Sequence record: NC_007623.1
Strand: one strand, 5' to 3'
Length of the DNA stretch: 64,000 nucleotides
This document shows, one piece after another, positions 54,668 to 64,000 of the stretch; positions within the stretch are counted from its first letter, which is position 1; each line of letters opens with the position of its first letter. The notes beneath the pieces are model-generated. The model ran no database searches. It saw nothing but the letters and a program-made list of their open reading frames with translations, and was not told the origin of the DNA. The translations under genes were made by a program, and so were the position numbers.

Positions 54668-55909
54668 TCAATCCTCTTGAATAACACTTCGAATGTAAAG
54701 GTGGTAACCGTTGTACAACGAACTGGGTTCGAAGCGATTGGTATACCCGTGATAAAGGTTTCCACCGTTGGTAATACCGGTGGTCTTGTTGAGGAATTTA
54801 CGTTGAATGCCTAGGTCGATGTCTAAAAGTCTCCTGTTGATGATTTTGCGAGTGAAGTACTTGGGAATAAGGCCATTACTGACCATTAAGGGAATAGAAC
54901 GGGTTTCATGGGTGTGGTAGGTGAAGGGATACTGGTACGTGGTGATGGGCTCCACGGACACATACAGGTTGGGATTATCCAGTACGATGAGGAAGGTACT
55001 GGGATCGGTTAACAGAGTCTTCCAGAAGCTCTCTGTACTGAAGAACCGTTTATCCACGACTTCACGTTCTGGATCAATGATCCGACTGAGGTCGATCATC
55101 GATTTCGAAATAAAGAGGGCGGAAAACCAATCCACCTTCTCCGTACGCAGCGTTAAGGTACGGTCACTCATTACCTGTACCACGTCATTCAGGTACAACC
55201 GACCTCCAATACTCATCCAGACTGTCTTATTCCTTAGACTGACCGGAGACCGTACGTGCAGGAAGTTGTAACTGTCGTGATCCTCAAAGTCGATATCCGT
55301 CTCTTGGAAGGTGTAGGTCTTGAGTTTAGAGAGGGTATTGAAGTTAAGGTAGTTCACATGAATGTTGTCATTCACATTGAAGTGCTTCCCACCGTTCAAC
55401 AGGTACACCGCCTGGTCATCCGCCACTGCTCGTACCAAATGCCCTCCATTGATCGTCCACAACCCCCGTTCAACCAAGGCGTTATAATCCACCGCCGTTC
55501 GATCGGTCTTGATGACCCGAATATCCGGCGCGCTTGCGACGTCCAGGTGCTCCTGGCGATCATTGGCGATCTTAGCGTCACCAGGATACAGGGTAAACCA
55601 TTTGTATTGGATGTCTTGAGCCGTTACGTACCGGTACTCATTGCCGGGGAGGGTATTACTGGTCTTAAGGGGGACATTGATCTGGGTGTCTAACCACTGT
55701 TGGATCACCCCATCGAACAACAGGAACTGGTTATGATAGTCCGCCAGGTCAATGACCACATCCCGGCCGTACAACCCATCTTTCACCACAATCTTTAATT
55801 CACAAAACGTAGCCACCAGTTCTTTGGTGGTCATCTCACTGATATCCACCAATTCCTCTCCTCGGGGGAAGATTTGGTTGATCCCAACCGCCCTTTTATA
55901 GATGTACAT
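54668..55909 (-). CDS. Conserved virion structural protein
   Basis: 413 aa; 'RNKTVWMSIGGRLYL' motif; divergent from the tail-fibre cluster. Confidence 0.55.
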   Translation of the reverse strand: MYIYKRAVGINQIFPRGEELVDISEMTTKELVATFCELKIVVKDGLYGRDVVIDLADYHNQFLLFDGVIQQWLDTQINVPLKTSNTLPGNEYRYVTAQDIQYKWFTLYPGDAKIANDRQEHLDVASAPDIRVIKTDRTAVDYNALVERGLWTINGGHLVRAVADDQAVYLLNGGKHFNVNDNIHVNYLNFNTLSKLKTYTFQETDIDFEDHDSYNFLHVRSPVSLRNKTVWMSIGGRLYLNDVVQVMSDRTLTLRTEKVDWFSALFISKSMIDLSRIIDPEREVVDKRFFSTESFWKTLLTDPSTFLIVLDNPNLYVSVEPITTYQYPFTYHTHETRSIPLMVSNGLIPKYFTRKIINRRLLDIDLGIQRKFLNKTTGITNGGNLYHGYTNRFEPSSLYNGYHLYIRSVIQED

Positions 55910-56024
55910 AGGGGTTCAACTCCTTAACGATTCTATGAAATCTACCCTACAGGCCCTATGGGTACTATACTCTCTAGGGGATTAATCATAAAATGCCTTA
56001 TTCATTGACTTTGGAGAAATTCTA

Positions 56025-56768
56025 ATGGCAAACATCGTCTATGGTTGGAACCCCTTCCAGGAACGCGTCGATTGCAGAGTGACGAACGAAATCATTAAAA
56101 CCTCTGGTAATCTCAACCGCGTCGAGTTCGTTCCCCGAGCAGCTCCTTTCTTTGCTCACAACTTCAAACTGTACCGTCAAGGGAGTAACCAACCACTCCT
56201 CCCGGGACAAGACTTCATCTTTGGTCATCCTTTCCAACGGTTTATTAAGACCTATCAGAAGAACGTGTACAGTTCCGTGATTCTGCTGAAACCGGTTGAA
56301 GTGGTCCTGATGGGGGAATATGACACCATTGGCGGACCGTTCGTGTTGGATGATGTGGCGTACGCTACCTTGGTAGCCAACATCATTAACAGCCCCCGGG
56401 AAGCCCTCTGGGAGAACCTGGTCAATGTCCCGACCGAGTTCCCTTCGGATCCTCATGAACATCCGGCTGCCCAGGTCTATGATTTTGCTCAGATGATGGA
56501 TTACCTGCGTGACCTGATCTTGGCGGTTACTCAAACCACCTCCGATTCCCCAACGACCTTGAAGACCCTGTTGGAACAACACCTCGCGGCTGACTTGGCG
56601 CAAGCCCACAGGGCGGATAAGGGAATGCTGGGTCTCGACAATGTAGAGAACTTGGGCAAAGCCACGGTCAATGATATCACGGGCAATTCGGACAACCTCG
56701 TCGTCACTGTAGCCGTTATGAAGGAAGCCCTCCGTCGACTGGCTGCGGGTACGCTGAACCTTAATTAA
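56025..56768 (+). CDS. Short tail-fibre-family protein (N-terminal module only)
   Basis: 'APFF', 'P.EFP..PHEH' and 'AH...LGLDNVEN' match the N-termini of the two following genes. Confidence 0.6.
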   Translation: MANIVYGWNPFQERVDCRVTNEIIKTSGNLNRVEFVPRAAPFFAHNFKLYRQGSNQPLLPGQDFIFGHPFQRFIKTYQKNVYSSVILLKPVEVVLMGEYDTIGGPFVLDDVAYATLVANIINSPREALWENLVNVPTEFPSDPHEHPAAQVYDFAQMMDYLRDLILAVTQTTSDSPTTLKTLLEQHLAADLAQAHRADKGMLGLDNVENLGKATVNDITGNSDNLVVTVAVMKEALRRLAAGTLNLN

Positions 56769-56778
56769 GGAGCCGGTT

Positions 56779-59700
56779 ATGCATTTTCCAATCGTCCGGG
56801 AATACAAAACCGATATTGTTCACAATAACCTGGAGAACCAAATTCGAGGTGAACCGTTTAAAGTCGATCCAGGAATCTGGTCCCGGATTATTGTGCCTAT
56901 CCACAGTCCGTTCTTTGTCGACAGCCTGAAAGTGACGTTCCCGAACGGTCAACCCATGGACGAGTCCCAGTACCGTATTTATCGCTTGATGCCTCGGTTG
57001 ACGGAACTCACCGCTCAGAAAGTTGCGTGTATGATCGAACTGCTGGACCCTACGATTACCGAAGGGAAGTTGGATTACGATGTGGTAGGGGAATTCAGCC
57101 TGTTTGATACCACCCTGCTCCACATGGTGATTGCTGCCTCTGAAGATGACCGTCCGGTCTGGTGGGAGAACATCAAGAACAAACCCGTGGTCTTCCCACC
57201 GGAGTGGCATACTCACAGCCTACTCTACGACATCATGGCCTTTGGTGACTTTGTTGAAGTCTTGGGGATGATCTCTGACGCGGTTGAAACGCATGGGAAA
57301 CCGTACCTTCAGATTAAGATTGACCATGCGTTTGAACTGTTCAATCATTACCTGGGGATTTACAAGAAGTCACTGGCTGATTTCTTGGCTCGTCATAAAG
57401 CGAGTTATAACAGCCACGGACTGACGGCCTTGCAAGTGGGATTGGAGAAAGTAGACAACTTCCCCACCGCTACCGCTTCCGGTGCCTTGGAAGGTAGACG
57501 TGACCGTCACCTCACGGTATCGGGACTTCAAGCCATTATTGACCACTATGGCTTTAATCCCAAGGACTTCATTGAGAACGGTAAACTTCCCATTGCTCAA
57601 TTCGGTAACACGAACTTCATTCCCCCGTCTATTGATGGATCCTTTGAAGGCTTGGGGGGTAAGAGTGAATGTGCAGCCATTACCATGGAAGCGGATGGCA
57701 GCATCGTCTTTCTGGCTAACCGAATGGATGGGCGTGTTGACGGACTGTATTACTCGGTTCTGGAAGATCCCTATACCAACCCCCGGTTAGTCTATACCAG
57801 TTACCGCTATTCCCACCCTCTGCTCTTAGCGGAGAATGCGGAATGTGATCGGATTGTCCAAGGGAGTGGACGTGAAGTCATTATGCTGGGGGATATTCGT
57901 AAGAACTTGTTTTACATTGGATTGACCAATGGTACCCTGGATCCCACTAAACACATTCTCACACCCATTAACCTGGATGCGCTAAAGGCTCCCTGGAATG
58001 GCAATCCGAACTTCTCCTGGAATACTTGGTTCAGAAGTTTGAGCGTGGCGTATCTGGGGAACTGGATCTACATCTTCCACGCCCACAACGTGGAGAATGG
58101 AGAACAAGCTGATGGTGTAACGGATTACCGGTATCGGTACCTGTACCGGGTTAGAACCAGTGATGTCAACGCCCAGATCCCGGTAACCGCTACGTTGGTC
58201 CGCCCCACCTTTAAAGACGGTGACGGTGTTCAATGGAATAACGCACCGTTCTTCCGGTGGTGTACCCCTCAGGGGTATCAGCGGGTGAATAACAATGATA
58301 CCTGGGAACGGTATTACTTTACCTTTAAACAAAGTGATAACCTCGCCTTTACGGGGATTTACCGTTCCCAGCCAACGGTGGTGTGCCCTATTCCGAACAA
58401 GCCGGGTAAATACCTGGTACGCTTTATGGCGGCCTGGTGGGGGCGGTACGTGGTTCCTGGACTAATAGGTACCTGGGACCTCCCGCTAGAGATGGTGTAT
58501 GAGATGGACCCTGAAACCGGTGTGATGACCCTCCTCCATCAAACACCTCGACGGGAAATCGATTTCCTGAACATTCCGTCCTCTGGCGACCCAAAAAACC
58601 GCCGCCTTAACCAATTGGTGTTCAACGATTCGGAACAAGGCATGGAAGTGCTGGATGATGGGACGATTGTGGCGTCCTACGGGGCCTATCAGTCGTTCCC
58701 CCGGTCAGCCTTCTACGTAGTACCCAGGTCGTTCAAGTCCCGGTATGACGTCATGAACCGGACGTGGATGACCGACTTAGGGGATATTGAAAACCAGCAA
58801 CTCATTGCGGAGAAAATTACCAGCCCGATTGCTTCCTCGATCAAACCACGTTCCTTCTTGTTGGGTAATGGCGGGGATGTGTATACCGCGGGGACCAATA
58901 CCCTACCGAGTGTTATCACCAACCAACTGTGGTACCGGCAGTCCCCTGGGAAGTTAGCGGAGCGTCCTGAGGTCTCTAACCTCTTCTTCAACAAGGTTGT
59001 TTCTCGTCCTCTGAGTAACGCGGTCTTCCGGGTGGAAGGTCCTCCTCAGGTGGGTGGAGCCTATGTGACTGTCCCTTCTAACCTGTTGGATCAGTACAAC
59101 ACGGACTTGGGGGAATTCACCTTCTGTATGGGAACGCAGAAAGCGAACCTCGACCTGTCGAAAGCAGAAGGGGAATGGCCCGCTGGTAATCTTCCTCAAG
59201 ACATCAAGGTTATGTCAGGACATACCCAGCAGATCAATCCGGATGGTTCGATGACCATGGTACCTACGGGGACTATTCTCTACCCATCGTCCATTACGGC
59301 TCGGTTTGTAAACCATGTCGCGAATCCGACTGCCTGTAGAAACTCCCCCGCGATGTTTATCGGGCTGTGTGATCCCACTGGTTTCCTGACCGATAAGTTC
59401 GGTTGGTTACCGGTGATAATGATCATCAACTACGGAGAACCTGGCACCACGTCTCGTCACTGGACAATCTTGGTCATCGACCCGGTTTATACCGGACCCG
59501 TCAATGCCCGAGTGGTCAGTGATTATACCGTGCTGGATGTGGTACACAATGTCCATCTACAGGGTGCTACTGGGTTGACACCTGCCAGCTGGGATGCCTT
59601 CCTGGGCGGGGGAGCTAACACATCGGGTGGGGGTGCGATGAGGGTAGGGTATTACCTCAAGAGCGCGACCGAGTTGGAAGGCTTTATTGACAGTGGGGTC

Positions 59701-60333
59701 ATTGCAGCAGGTCCAGGAGACTCACTCACCTCGTTTGGGACATTCCGGTATACGAACCGTAGTACGAAACGGTGGACTGAATGTATACCTAGTATTACCG
59801 GTCAAAGTGGGGGTGCTAACCACAAGACCGTTACACCGGATAACGGGGTAGCTAACCAAATGGCGTACAACGTTTCCACTGGGGGAGCCGCTACGATCTT
59901 TGAAGGGTCGGTGAATAACCCCTTGCTGGGATCGGTTTACCCCGCTACCGGTTGGTACTTGTTCTTCCAATCGGAACTCAGGGTGGTCTTCAACGGACAG
60001 AACTACACGTTGAAGTCCATCTCCGTGGATTTGTCGGCAATAGTCCCTAATCCCGCTAATAAGACGTTCTATTTGTACGCAGTTCTTAAGAACGGGAATG
60101 CGAGCTACGAAGTGACTTTGGAGAAACGAGCTGAGACACCGTTTATTGTGTGGGTCGGACGAGCGGTTACGAATGACCGTCAGATCCTCACCATTGAACG
60201 GTTTAATGTCTTTACGATTAACGGGAACCGGATCTCCGAGACGAAACGGGGGAACTGCATCCCGGCGTCGTCAGGCTTGGTGAATGCCGAAGGTCAACTC
60301 CCGTGGTTACGTTCTTCTGAAATGCTTCCGTAA
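56779..60333 (+). CDS. Tail fibre / receptor-binding protein (phiKZ gp131-family-like)
   Basis: 1184 aa; 'SPFF', 'HGLTALQVGLEKVDNFPTAT' fibre motif and 'PPSIDGSFEGLGG'. Confidence 0.7.
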   Translation: MHFPIVREYKTDIVHNNLENQIRGEPFKVDPGIWSRIIVPIHSPFFVDSLKVTFPNGQPMDESQYRIYRLMPRLTELTAQKVACMIELLDPTITEGKLDYDVVGEFSLFDTTLLHMVIAASEDDRPVWWENIKNKPVVFPPEWHTHSLLYDIMAFGDFVEVLGMISDAVETHGKPYLQIKIDHAFELFNHYLGIYKKSLADFLARHKASYNSHGLTALQVGLEKVDNFPTATASGALEGRRDRHLTVSGLQAIIDHYGFNPKDFIENGKLPIAQFGNTNFIPPSIDGSFEGLGGKSECAAITMEADGSIVFLANRMDGRVDGLYYSVLEDPYTNPRLVYTSYRYSHPLLLAENAECDRIVQGSGREVIMLGDIRKNLFYIGLTNGTLDPTKHILTPINLDALKAPWNGNPNFSWNTWFRSLSVAYLGNWIYIFHAHNVENGEQADGVTDYRYRYLYRVRTSDVNAQIPVTATLVRPTFKDGDGVQWNNAPFFRWCTPQGYQRVNNNDTWERYYFTFKQSDNLAFTGIYRSQPTVVCPIPNKPGKYLVRFMAAWWGRYVVPGLIGTWDLPLEMVYEMDPETGVMTLLHQTPRREIDFLNIPSSGDPKNRRLNQLVFNDSEQGMEVLDDGTIVASYGAYQSFPRSAFYVVPRSFKSRYDVMNRTWMTDLGDIENQQLIAEKITSPIASSIKPRSFLLGNGGDVYTAGTNTLPSVITNQLWYRQSPGKLAERPEVSNLFFNKVVSRPLSNAVFRVEGPPQVGGAYVTVPSNLLDQYNTDLGEFTFCMGTQKANLDLSKAEGEWPAGNLPQDIKVMSGHTQQINPDGSMTMVPTGTILYPSSITARFVNHVANPTACRNSPAMFIGLCDPTGFLTDKFGWLPVIMIINYGEPGTTSRHWTILVIDPVYTGPVNARVVSDYTVLDVVHNVHLQGATGLTPASWDAFLGGGANTSGGGAMRVGYYLKSATELEGFIDSGVIAAGPGDSLTSFGTFRYTNRSTKRWTECIPSITGQSGGANHKTVTPDNGVANQMAYNVSTGGAATIFEGSVNNPLLGSVYPATGWYLFFQSELRVVFNGQNYTLKSISVDLSAIVPNPANKTFYLYAVLKNGNASYEVTLEKRAETPFIVWVGRAVTNDRQILTIERFNVFTINGNRISETKRGNCIPASSGLVNAEGQLPWLRSSEMLP

Positions 60334-60337
60334 ACCC

Positions 60338-60370
60338 AAGGAGGGAGAGGGTTAACCCCCCTCCCTCCTT
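60338..60370 (+). terminator. Hairpin with a short U-tract
   Basis: AAGGAGGGAG...CTCCCTCCTT-CTTTT. Confidence 0.65.
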
Positions 60371-60388
60371 CTTTTCAAGGTTTAGTCC

Positions 60389-63300
60389 ATGGATCCGTTT
60401 AAAATCGTTCAATTTGATATTCGTGGAACGCGCCCGGAGAATAAGATCACCGGGGAGAAAATGCTGATCAAGGATAAGACCTGTCCTTGGTTGATCCCGA
60501 ATGGGTCCCCGTTCTTTGCTGAACCTGGCCTGTTCACGTTGTATGACGAACGGGGTGCCGAAATGACCCTCAACCGGGATTACTGGTTGGAGGAAGCCTT
60601 TATCCCGTTCTGTGAGATCAGTGGTCGGAATGTTTGTTGTTTCATTCGGTTAAGTGAGAGTATTCGTCAGAACAACGCTTTCGTTACCGGAGACTACCAA
60701 ACCATTGGGGCGTGGTTCGTACCGCGTAATAACCTGGACGAATGGCTGGAAAAAATGCGGGAAGGGAAGATTCCCATTGAGTGGGAGAAGGTCTTCGGTG
60801 TTCCACCCACCCTACCGCCCGAATACCATTTGCATAAAGCTGATACCGAAATTGGTGATTGGTATGAGCTGACGTTCTTCCTGGATACCATGGCGAACAT
60901 TTACCGGAGCCGAGATCCAGAGTTGGAGGATCAATCGGAAGTTGTGATCAATGAGGCGTTTACGAAGCTCAGGAACTTCCGTGACGCCCAGATGCGTCGT
61001 CTTGTCGAACACGACAAGAATTACAACGCCCCTCACCTCCAAACGAAGACCAACCTTAACCTGGGCAATCTGGATAACTTTGCTACAGCTACTCCCGAAC
61101 AGGATAAGGCGGGTACGGCTGATAACCTCTTCAGTACCACGCTGGGTGTTAAGGAACTGGTCAGGGGGTATACGCCGGATACGTCGGCTTCCATGCGTTC
61201 AGGGATTATTGCCATTAGTCGATTTGGAGGAACGGATTATATCCCTCCGGGTATTAGTGGTTCGTTTGAAGGTCTGGGGGGTGTTACCCCGGACTGTGCA
61301 GCGGTATTGGAACTGAATGATAACCTGGTCTTTATTCGGGCTCATTACGACGGACGGACGGAAGGGTTGTATTACACTGTGGTTCGGAATCACTTGAGCC
61401 TGAATCCCGACGTTTCCTTTACCGGGTATAAATACCAGCCCCCGTCGTTAACGGCCATTGGGTTCGTACCCAACCGGGTCTTTACAGGGAGTGGTCGGAC
61501 TATCATCATGGTAACCCGTGATGGGACGAACCAGGTGTACGCTGCGCTGACCAATGGTACATTGGATCCTTCTGCGCATGTGTTTGTCAAATGTAACATT
61601 GATTTGGCTATCCAAGATCTGGGGACGTCAGTTCGTCTAACGGAGTGGAGTCAAATACACACGTTGGGTAATTGGGTCTACTTGTTTGTCACGGCGATGA
61701 CTGAAGGTCAATGGGGTGGTTGGGGGCATAGTCGTACACGGGCCTACAGAGCCCCTCTCAGCGCGATTAAAAATGGGCAGCCTCTTACCTTCAGTCGGGT
61801 TAAAGTCTCACTGACGAACGTCCCAGGGGCCTTACAGAGCAATGTTGACTACATTGAGTTCACCCCTGCTCCTCCAGACGGTGAATTCAGTACTTACGGC
61901 CCCATTACCTTTGCGCCTTATAAGGCCAAGAAAGGGGTTAAGGGATCCCAACGACGTCCCCTGATGTTCTTCTCTGAATCCAGTGACATAGGACCTCAAT
62001 ATTGTTCCATGCATTACTTCGGGATGATGTTCTTTACTGGGAACATCAACGGGGTGGACCGTGTAACCGGGGTGTACATCGATTGCAGTTACGATTTCAA
62101 CCCTGAAACAGCGACCTTCGTAGTGGTTAAACAACCCCCCGTACAGACCGTTGACCTGAGCAAGATCATCAGCAAAAATTCAACGGCCTCTGTGCATTAT
62201 GCAGGTATTAGTGACGTCTTCTTCAACATCTCTGATCACTCCAGTCACCTCCTGTTGGAGAATAAGGTGATTGTTGGGATGTCACGTCTAGGGTTGAGGG
62301 TCTCTTTCCCGGGGTTGTTTAGCCGTTTGCAGTTCAACAAAAACCCGAATGTAACCGCCAGTGGGATGTTGCGGGATTACATGCACGCGGACAATGCGAA
62401 CTTCTCGGGGATGGGGGTGTGGGAAACGCCCAGTTACCCTATTAAGAACGGAGGGCGAATCAGTGCAGTGGGGTATGAACTTGCCGGGGAGTATTTCTGG
62501 GCAGACAGCGCTGTTGATCATAACCGGTCGTTCTTCTACCGGAAGGTCAGCGGTGAATACGCCGTCCGTCCTGGGATTACCAACAGCAACTACCCCACCT
62601 TATTGGCTCGACCGATCAGCGCAGAGGTGTACGAGAACCGGTTAGACCGTAATACTTCCCTGATCAGTGTAACCGGGAGTGCGGCGTTCCTGACCGCTGA
62701 AGGGATTGAAATGGGGAACAGTTGTTTCTCTGTAATGGGAATGAACCATTTCGACGACCTGGCCTCAGGGGTTGAATCCGATACCACATGCCCTCGGGAG
62801 TTTACCTTTAAAGCCCCTAAAGGAAATGGGATCGTGTTATCCTGCCCCAGAACCTTCAGTCGGGTAATGGACACTGGGGATCAAACCTTTACCCTGAAGG
62901 GTGAAAGCCATTGGGGTGTTAAGCGTAACGTCATGGATAAACTGATCCAGTTGATCCCCGCTACCCTCAGGGAGAAATGGGCGGTTGAGTTGATGGTGAT
63001 CAATCCCATCAGTGGTAAAGGGTTCAGTCGGATGAACTACGCGCTGGCGTTGGTTCATACCCGGGACATCGAAGGGGGTCGGTATGTGGTCAAGAGTAAA
63101 CTGTTGGCCTGTGCACCGGTGATTGGTAATCCAGTCTCGGGGGTCTACCCGATTGATGACCTTACGATTCTTGATCAAACCGCATTTATCACCACGGTGA
63201 ACAACAGTGGGGCTGGGGATGAGTGGAGTGACACAGAAGCGGATGTTGTGGCGTGTCCTCAGGTGTCGCTTTATGTGGATGAAGCGACGAATACCCTCTC

Positions 63301-63970
63301 CGGGCGTATTTCGTCGTTGTACAACGTCCGAGGCGAAGCCTTGGGGTTCAACAAAGCAGTCCTGACCTTCAGCCTTAATAAGACCACTCAGAAATTCTCC
63401 AGTGTTACACCCTTTAACAACGGGGAAGGGATGTCCGCGGCGTGGTGTGTGCAGAACCACGCCATTCCTAACGCCGGGTTAATTACCCAACAGCAAGGCT
63501 ACGTCTTTGAGGACACTGGCGGTGCAGGGTATGTAGGGAAGATCGGAACGAACACGTATTTGATTGGTTCCTGTTACCCGGAAGTGGGTTGGACGATTTT
63601 CTTCCAAGAAGAAGTCGAGATGATGATCAACGGTACCGTGTACAAAATGCCCGGTGGGTCTATCGACTTGAGGAATGTGTCCTCGAATCCTCGTAACAAA
63701 ACGTTCTACATCTATGCGACGGTTGAAGAGTCGGAAGGACGGTATATTGTCTCCGATGTTAAACTGCGGCGTTCCAGTGAGTTGCTGCATGTCGCAACCG
63801 CCGTGACGAACACCAACCAGATTGCCAGTATTACCCGGCAGAAAGTCTTTACCATCGGTGAGTTCCTATTAAGTTACACACGGACGGGAGGGATTATTCC
63901 GGTGAGTTCTGGTTTACCGCAGGATGAAGGTACGTTTAGCTTCTTGAAAGCCTCGGAACTTTTACCTTAA
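60389..63970 (+). CDS. Tail fibre / receptor-binding protein, paralog of 56779..60333
   Basis: 1193 aa; 'LNLGNLDNFATAT', 'PPGISGSFEGLGG' and C-terminal 'IPVSSGL...SELLP'. Confidence 0.7.
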   Translation: MDPFKIVQFDIRGTRPENKITGEKMLIKDKTCPWLIPNGSPFFAEPGLFTLYDERGAEMTLNRDYWLEEAFIPFCEISGRNVCCFIRLSESIRQNNAFVTGDYQTIGAWFVPRNNLDEWLEKMREGKIPIEWEKVFGVPPTLPPEYHLHKADTEIGDWYELTFFLDTMANIYRSRDPELEDQSEVVINEAFTKLRNFRDAQMRRLVEHDKNYNAPHLQTKTNLNLGNLDNFATATPEQDKAGTADNLFSTTLGVKELVRGYTPDTSASMRSGIIAISRFGGTDYIPPGISGSFEGLGGVTPDCAAVLELNDNLVFIRAHYDGRTEGLYYTVVRNHLSLNPDVSFTGYKYQPPSLTAIGFVPNRVFTGSGRTIIMVTRDGTNQVYAALTNGTLDPSAHVFVKCNIDLAIQDLGTSVRLTEWSQIHTLGNWVYLFVTAMTEGQWGGWGHSRTRAYRAPLSAIKNGQPLTFSRVKVSLTNVPGALQSNVDYIEFTPAPPDGEFSTYGPITFAPYKAKKGVKGSQRRPLMFFSESSDIGPQYCSMHYFGMMFFTGNINGVDRVTGVYIDCSYDFNPETATFVVVKQPPVQTVDLSKIISKNSTASVHYAGISDVFFNISDHSSHLLLENKVIVGMSRLGLRVSFPGLFSRLQFNKNPNVTASGMLRDYMHADNANFSGMGVWETPSYPIKNGGRISAVGYELAGEYFWADSAVDHNRSFFYRKVSGEYAVRPGITNSNYPTLLARPISAEVYENRLDRNTSLISVTGSAAFLTAEGIEMGNSCFSVMGMNHFDDLASGVESDTTCPREFTFKAPKGNGIVLSCPRTFSRVMDTGDQTFTLKGESHWGVKRNVMDKLIQLIPATLREKWAVELMVINPISGKGFSRMNYALALVHTRDIEGGRYVVKSKLLACAPVIGNPVSGVYPIDDLTILDQTAFITTVNNSGAGDEWSDTEADVVACPQVSLYVDEATNTLSGRISSLYNVRGEALGFNKAVLTFSLNKTTQKFSSVTPFNNGEGMSAAWCVQNHAIPNAGLITQQQGYVFEDTGGAGYVGKIGTNTYLIGSCYPEVGWTIFFQEEVEMMINGTVYKMPGGSIDLRNVSSNPRNKTFYIYATVEESEGRYIVSDVKLRRSSELLHVATAVTNTNQIASITRQKVFTIGEFLLSYTRTGGIIPVSSGLPQDEGTFSFLKASELLP

Positions 63971-63975
63971 GGTAA

Positions 63976-63996
63976 AGGGGGAGTAAACCTCCCCCT
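63976..63996 (+). terminator. Hairpin at the window end
   Basis: AGGGGGAG-TAAAC-CTCCCCCT. Confidence 0.5.
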
Positions 63997-64000
63997 GATC

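Noticed and set aside
1-64000. CRISPR array, integrase or transposase, intron or intein, alternative genetic code
   Set aside because: No regularly spaced repeats or recognisable catalytic motifs were seen; core genes are intact in the standard code and use all three stop codons.

Overview
A 64-kb segment of a phiKZ-like (nucleus-forming, Chimalliviridae-type) jumbo myophage genome of roughly 50% GC, with no host-type genes. Gene order, the TTTTAAACCTACATTAT promoter motif and a single tRNA-Thr suggest a close relative of Pseudomonas phage EL. That assignment and all phiKZ gp numbers are from recall and need a database check. Layout: (i) 0.4-21.7 kb baseplate and internal-head (inner-body) genes, many with G-x-E prohead-protease-type motifs; (ii) 21.7-24 kb non-coding skewed/structured region plus small accessory genes; (iii) DnaB-like helicase, major capsid protein and a non-virion RNA polymerase beta subunit (24-33.8 kb); (iv) an accessory island (33.9-45.5 kb) with membrane proteins, an SspB-like ClpXP adaptor, a paralog pair, tRNA-Thr(CGT), a Gly-rich repeat protein and three densely structured non-coding stretches; (v) portal, baseplate genes, RuvC, a candidate holin plus overlapped i-/o-spanin pair, and three paralogous tail-fibre-type genes (45.6-64 kb). 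The best leads are the ~330-nt possibly pseudoknotted ncRNA at 44.6-45.0 kb, the SspB-like gene, the unannotated lysis cassette and the ori-like or ncRNA region at 21.7-22.1 kb. All RNA pairings were found by eye, and no searches were run.
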